Shown here one piece after another: positions 59,132-64,000 of a stretch of 64,000 nt of DNA (the stretch's first letter is position 1; every line of letters begins with the position of its first letter). The stretch comes from an uncultured Solirubrobacterales bacterium (GTDB lineage: Bacteria > Actinomycetota > Thermoleophilia > Solirubrobacterales > 70-9). The stretch covers positions 8,005-72,004 of the forward strand of contig CAVSMS010000003.1 in the NCBI GenBank assembly GCA_963729065.1, read 5' to 3'. Both the position numbers and the translations under genes were made by a program. A model generated the notes under the pieces. It was not told where the DNA came from. It did no database searches and was given only the letters and a program-made list of their open reading frames with translations.

Positions 59132-61119
59132 GCCGGGTTGCGATCGTCGGGGCCGGCGTCGCCGGGATGGTCGCCGCGCGCGAGCTCGACCGCGCCGGCC
59201 ACCGGATCACGCTGTTCGAAGCCGGCGCGCGGCCCGGCGGGCACGCGAACACGGTCACCGTCGAGACGCCCGGCGGGATCTGGGACGTCGACACCGGCTT
59301 CATCGTCTACAACGACCGCAACTACCCCGGCTTCGAGCGCCTGCTGGACGAGCTCGCGGTCGAGACCAAGCCGGCCGAGATGTCGCTGTCCGTATCCGAC
59401 GGCCGTGGCGGCTTCGAATGGTCCTCGCGGCCGCTGGGCGTCTTCGCGCGGCCGGCCCACCTCGCCGATCCGCGCTTCCACCGGATGATCGCCGACCTGG
59501 CGCGCTTCTTTCGCGAGGCCCGCGACCTCGTCGGGACAAACGGCTCCGGGCCCTCGCTCGGCGACTTCCTCGACCGCGGCGGGTACTCGCGCTGGTTCGT
59601 CGAGCGCCTGCTGATCCCGCAGACCTCGGCCGTCTGGTCGGCGGACCCGGACCAGCTCTGGGATTTCCCGGCGAGCTTCCTGGCGGAGTTCCTCGCCAAC
59701 CACGGGGCCCTGCAGTTCCTCGGCCGGCCGCGGTGGCGCACGGTCTGCGGCGGGTCGCGCGTGTACGTCGATCGGCTCACCGCGCCCTTCGCCGACCGGA
59801 TGCGGCTCGGGGTCGCGGTGACGGACGTGCGGCGTGACGCGGCCGGGGTCGAGCTTCGCTGGCGCGGCGGGTCCGAGCGCTTCGACGAGGTCGTCCTCGC
59901 GGTCCACTCCGACCAGGCCCTGGCGATGCTCGCCGATCCCTCGCCGGCCGAGCGCGAGGTGCTCGGTGCGATCCCGTACGTGCGCAACGAGGCCGTGCTG
60001 CACACGGACGTCCGGCTGCTCCCGCGGCGGCGCCGCGCCTGGGCCTCGTGGAACTGCCACCTGCTCGACGAGGCCGTCGGTCGGACGACGATCACCTACC
60101 ACATGAACCGCCTGCAATCGCTGCGCGCCGACCGCGAGTTCCTCGTCACCCTCAACCTCGCCGATCGCATCGACCCGGCGACCGTGATCGACACGTACAC
60201 CTACGACCACCCGGTCTACACCCGCGCCGGGCTCGCGGCGCAGGGCCGATGGGCGGAGATCAGCGGCGTTCGCCGCACCCACTACTGCGGCGCGTACTGG
60301 CGCTGGGGCTTTCACGAGGACGGCGTCTGGAGCGCGCAGCGCGCGTGCGATGCGATCGCTGCGCCCGGCACGATCGCGGAGCCCGAGCTCGCGGTGGGCG
60401 GCATGAGCGCCTCGGCCCTGTATGAGGGGTGGGTCGCGCACCGGCGGCTGGAGCCGGTGGAGCACAGCTTCCGCTATCGCATCGCGATGCCGCTGCTCGA
60501 CCTCGACGAACTGCCGGACGTTCTCGACCGCCATCCGCTGTGGTCGGCGCGCCGGCCGGCGCTGATGCGCTGGCGCCGCGAGGACTTCCTCGGCGATCCC
60601 GAGCGGCCGCTGGCCGAGGCGGCCCGCGAGCTTGTCCGCGAGCGGATCGGCTCCGCGCCCTCGGGGCCGGTGCGCCTGCTCGCCGGGTTGCGCTTCGCCG
60701 GGCACGCCTTCAACCCGATCAGCCTCCTGTACCTGCACGGGGAGAGCGGGGAGGTGGAGGCCGTGATCGCCGAGGTGACCAACACCCCGTGGGGAGAGCG
60801 TCACGCCTATGTGCTCGAGGGCGATCGAGGGACGGTCGCCAAGCGGATGCACGTCTCGCCGTTCATGGGCACGGAGCAGAGCTACCGCGTGGTCGCCTCC
60901 GAGCCGGGCTCGCGGCTCGCGCTGCGGATCACGAACGTCGAGGAGGGCCGCGCGGTGCACGAGGCGGCGCTCAGCCTGCAACGCGTCGAGCTCAGCCGCC
61001 GCTCGATGACGCGGGCGATGCTCGCCTATCCGGCAGCGGGCCTGACGACCCTGGCGCGGATCTACTCCCACGCCGCGCGCCTGCGGCTCAAGGGCCTACG
61101 AACCGTCCCGCACCACTAG
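59128..61119 (+). CDS. FAD-dependent oxidoreductase (amine-oxidase fold) fused in frame to a DUF1365 domain
   Basis: GTG overlaps the SDR stop (GTGA). VAIVGAGVAGMVAARELDRAGHRITLFEAGARPGGH and the C-terminal HYCGAYWRWGFHEDG belong to the oxidoreductase part. From Met 60403 (MSASALYEGWVAHRRLEPVEHSFRYRIAMPLLDLDELP...) the sequence is DUF1365-like. There is no stop between the two parts. Confidence 0.8.
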   Translation: MSRVAIVGAGVAGMVAARELDRAGHRITLFEAGARPGGHANTVTVETPGGIWDVDTGFIVYNDRNYPGFERLLDELAVETKPAEMSLSVSDGRGGFEWSSRPLGVFARPAHLADPRFHRMIADLARFFREARDLVGTNGSGPSLGDFLDRGGYSRWFVERLLIPQTSAVWSADPDQLWDFPASFLAEFLANHGALQFLGRPRWRTVCGGSRVYVDRLTAPFADRMRLGVAVTDVRRDAAGVELRWRGGSERFDEVVLAVHSDQALAMLADPSPAEREVLGAIPYVRNEAVLHTDVRLLPRRRRAWASWNCHLLDEAVGRTTITYHMNRLQSLRADREFLVTLNLADRIDPATVIDTYTYDHPVYTRAGLAAQGRWAEISGVRRTHYCGAYWRWGFHEDGVWSAQRACDAIAAPGTIAEPELAVGGMSASALYEGWVAHRRLEPVEHSFRYRIAMPLLDLDELPDVLDRHPLWSARRPALMRWRREDFLGDPERPLAEAARELVRERIGSAPSGPVRLLAGLRFAGHAFNPISLLYLHGESGEVEAVIAEVTNTPWGERHAYVLEGDRGTVAKRMHVSPFMGTEQSYRVVASEPGSRLALRITNVEEGRAVHEAALSLQRVELSRRSMTRAMLAYPAAGLTTLARIYSHAARLRLKGLRTVPHH

Positions 61120-61128
61120 GGCCTCGGC

Positions 61129-63290
61129 TCAGTCGTCGGGGTAGACGCAGGTCATTCCGCCCGCGCCGGTGATCGCCGCGACTCGCGCTGGCGTTGCGGA
61201 ACTCGATGAACCCAAGGCCCATCTCGTGCTTGTCGCCGTCCTGGAAGACGATCGTGCCCGCGAACGGCAGGCCCGGCGGAGCCCAGAGTGTCGTTGCCGT
61301 AGGGCGTCCCGGCGGGCCGTCGATGATCACCTCGGGATCCGGCCCGCCGTAGGGGATCTCGTAGTCGTGGAACCCTGAGAAGTTCGAGATCCCGACCTCC
61401 AGCCGCCAGGCGCCGTCGGTGGAGATCGCGGTGAAGCCACCCGGGCCCTCGGTGCAGTCGCCGATCTTGAAGCTGGCCACGGGCGTCGTGCTCTCGGGGT
61501 CGTCGAAGATCATGATCCCCGCCGCGGCGCCGGGCAGGACTCGCCGTCCTCGCGGGCGAGCGGGCGCGCCGTGGGGGTGGTCGTGCAGGTCCCCGGGCCT
61601 GGACCCTCGCCCGGGCCCGGCCTGGGCTTCTTGCAGTAGTCCTTGAGCTTCACGCCCTCGAAGCTTGACCACGCGCTTCTTGAACGGGTCGCTGAAGCCG
61701 ATGAACGATGCAGCGCCGACCTGCGGGAGCTGCAGGTTGGTCTGCGTCTGGCACTTGCAACCGCCGGGGATGGCGCAGTAGGCGCCCTTGGCGAGCTTGC
61801 GGGTGTTGCCGTTGGTGCGCAACTCGCCGCGGATGTCCTTGTCGGCGCCGATGATCAGCACGTCGGCCGTTAGCTGGAGGGCGAAGCCGTCGGAGCTGCG
61901 CGCCTCGATCGGGCGGGACTGCCGCTGCCCGTGCCGATCTTGACCGCCTCGGGTTTGGTGGTCGGGATGCCCGGTCCCTCGTAATTCCACTCAGGCCCCT
62001 GGCCGGCGTCGCGAATCAGCCCGGGGCCCCACCGCTGCCAGAAGACGTCCGGGAAGCCCCGCGGTCGCCCGAGCGAAGGCCGCCTGGGGCCCGCCGCGTG
62101 GAGGCGAAGAGGGTGTCGCGCATCCGCTGCCAGCCGTCGACGCCGGTCTGGTTGATCATCGCGAAGAACCCGACCCCCGAGTAGCTGCGACCAAAGAGGT
62201 CGAACTCGGGCAGCTTGAGCCACGGGTTCCAGTCGGCCTCCTCGACCGAGTCGCCGAGTTCCTGGACCGTCATCCCGCCGAGCCAGTCCGCGCCGCCCTC
62301 GATCACCCAGGCCGGGGCCTAGGCGATCTGGTCGGCTGGTGGTGAAGAAGGCGTGCTGCGCGCAGTGCGCGAGCTCGTGCGCGTAGACAAACTCCTGGAT
62401 CGCCGGCGTCGGCCGCGCGGCCGAACTTGGTCATGAAGATGTTGCAGGTCGGCGATTCGCCCGGGGGCAGGTCGTCGTAGGGGACGTAGGCATAGACCTT
62501 CTTGCCCTTGACCACCTTGTCGGTTCGAGGAACGAGACCGAGATCGGGCGCAGCAGCGCGTAGCCGTGCGAGCGCATGACGTTGCGGGCGTTTCGAATGT
62601 GCTCGAGCGCGATGATCTGCTCGTCGACGGTGCCGCCGCTGACCGTGATCTCGTCTCCCGCCCGGCGGTCGGCTCGCGGGCGCGAGCGTACGCCACGCGG
62701 GGGTCGATCCGCGCCGCCGCCGCGTCGTCGACGGGGATCGTGAGCGCGTCGGTCGCCGGGGTGGTCGACCGCGTCGAGCACCTTGCGCTGCTGCTTGGAG
62801 AGCTTCTTCGGCTGGGCCTGGAGGGCCGCGAGCACGAAGGTGGGGTCGCCGAGCTTGCCGATCTGCACCTGTCTGCGGCTTCACCCCCGGCAGGTCGGCG
62901 ATCCGGTGTCGAACGCCGCGAGCGCGTCTGTCGAGCGAGACCTGCCCCTGCTTGTCGATCAGCACCGGCTCGGGCCCGCGGAGCTGCTTGATGCTCGCCT
63001 TGCGCAGCGCCCTTCTTGCACGAGAGCCCGGGCGCACGTAGTCGTCCTGGTAGCCTTCTTGCACTTGTCGCCCTTGCGCAGGCAGGCGTTGCGGCCGTCG
63101 ACGATCGCCTTGGTGCACTTCTTCGCCGAGGCGGCGGTACGCGCCCCGGCGCCGCCGCTCGGCGGGGGCGATCATCAGCACGGCGGCGAACAGCGCCGCG
63201 ACGCCGAGCCGACAGGCGACCCGACCTACTTCCCCGCCAGGCAGAAGCGAACACGGCGCGGAGCCTATTGCCCGCCCTCGGTCGAGGCAA
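61129..63290 (-). pseudogene. relic of a secreted HEXXH zinc metalloprotease (many frameshifts, one in-frame TAG)
   Basis: Recognisable segments hop between all three frames. They include the signal peptide VACRLGVAALFAAVLMIAPA and the Cys-rich KKCTKAIVDGRNACLRKGDKCKK. Next come VQIGKLGDPTFVLAALQAQPKKLSKQQRKVLDAV, GDEITVSGGTVDEQIIALEHIRNARNVMRSHGYALLRP and KVVKGKKVYAYVPYDDLPPGESPTCNIF. The catalytic region is QEFVYAHELAHCAQHAFF, followed by WVIEGGADWLGG. The C-terminal beta domain ends VAAITGAGGMTCVYPDD-stop at 61129. The in-frame TAG is at 62319-62321. Confidence 0.65.
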
Positions 63291-63307
63291 GGGGGGAAAA
63301 TACGGAT

Positions 63308-64000
63308 ATGCCGAAGCCGCTCGAGGGCAAGGTCGCGCTGGTCGCCGGGGCGACCCGTGGGGGAGGGCGCGGGATCGCCGTCGCGCTCGGCGAGGCCGGG
63401 GCGACCGTCTACTGCACCGGGCGCACGACCCGCGAGCGCCGCTCCGACTACGACCGCGCGGAGACGATCGAGGAGACCGCGGAGCTGGTCGATGCCGAGG
63501 GCGGGACCGGGATCGCGGTCGCGGTCGACCATCTGGAGCCGCCCGCGGTGAAGGCGCTGGTGGACCGGATCGACTCCGAGCAGGGACGCCTCGACGTGCT
63601 CGTCAACGACGTCTGGGGCGGCGAGCTGCTGTTCGAGTGGAACAAGCCGGTCTGGGAGCACGACCTCGACAACGGGCTGCGGATGCTGCGCCTGGCGATC
63701 GACACGCACCTGATCACCAGCCACTTCGCGCTCCCGCTGCTGATCCGCCGGCCCGGTGGCCTGGTGGTGGAGATGACCGACGGCACCCGTGACTACAACG
63801 CCGTCAACTACCGGCTCTCCATCTACTACGACCTCGTCAAGAACGCGGTCATCCGGCTCGCGTTCGCCCAGAGCCGGGAGCTGGTCGAGCACGGCTGCAG
63901 CGCCGTCGCCCTGACCCCGGGGTGGATGCGCTCGGAGATGATGCTCGACATCTACGGCGTCACCGAGGACAACTGGCGCGACGGGGCGAAGGTCAACCCG
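63308..64000 (+). CDS. SDR-family oxidoreductase (3' end outside window; not in the supplied ORF track)
   Basis: ATG at 63308. Open to the window edge (231 codons). MPKPLEGKVALVAGATRGGGRGIAVALGEAGATVYCTGR (TGxxxGxG-like), plus VLVNDVWGG and PGWMRSEMM. Confidence 0.8.
   Translation, partial: MPKPLEGKVALVAGATRGGGRGIAVALGEAGATVYCTGRTTRERRSDYDRAETIEETAELVDAEGGTGIAVAVDHLEPPAVKALVDRIDSEQGRLDVLVNDVWGGELLFEWNKPVWEHDLDNGLRMLRLAIDTHLITSHFALPLLIRRPGGLVVEMTDGTRDYNAVNYRLSIYYDLVKNAVIRLAFAQSRELVEHGCSAVALTPGWMRSEMMLDIYGVTEDNWRDGAKVNP

Noticed and set aside
59128-60402. Phytoene desaturase (CrtI) under LitR control
   Set aside because: It is tempting because LitR/CarH often controls crt genes. However, the flavoprotein ends with the HYCGAYWRWGFHEDG-type terminus and is joined to DUF1365. 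Both are typical of the CFA-synthase-associated family. No other crt genes are present.

Overview
This is a very GC-rich chromosomal segment, probably actinobacterial. It is densely packed with about 60 protein genes on both strands. I found no rRNA, tRNA, CRISPR array, transposase or integrase.

Reading left to right, the window contains:
- a DUF1800/DUF1501 pair with a cupredoxin-like protein
- three small secreted proteins, one of them His/Asp-rich, next to a NarL-type two-component system
- redox and detoxification genes, including two MarR-controlled modules, MFS exporters, an ABC-2 exporter and HtrA
- a DUF485-actP-acs acetate module
- an AMP-ligase / AsnB-like / glycosyltransferase group
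- a Ser/Thr kinase with Kelch repeats
- a beta-alpha fused succinyl-CoA-synthetase-family ligase with a ferredoxin-like partner
- a putrescine-oxidase-like flavoenzyme and GTP-PEP carboxykinase
- a minus-strand operon of methyltransferase, malyl-CoA-lyase type enzyme, GT2/PP-loop giant protein and thioesterase
- acyl-CoA dehydrogenase, two SCP2 genes and a MaoC hydratase
- a CarH/LitR-type B12 photoreceptor regulator, divergent from an SDR gene and a fused FAD-oxidoreductase/DUF1365 ORF

The most striking sequence-level feature is the reading-frame breaks. I count at least about 40. All of them fall in 17 mostly accessory genes, and one metalloprotease relic carries a dozen or more. Housekeeping genes are uninterrupted.

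Many long ORFs in the supplied track are GC-driven antisense or out-of-frame artefacts. One real gene at the right edge (63308 onward) is missing from the track.

All functional calls rest on motifs and family resemblance that I recognised by eye. No database search was run.
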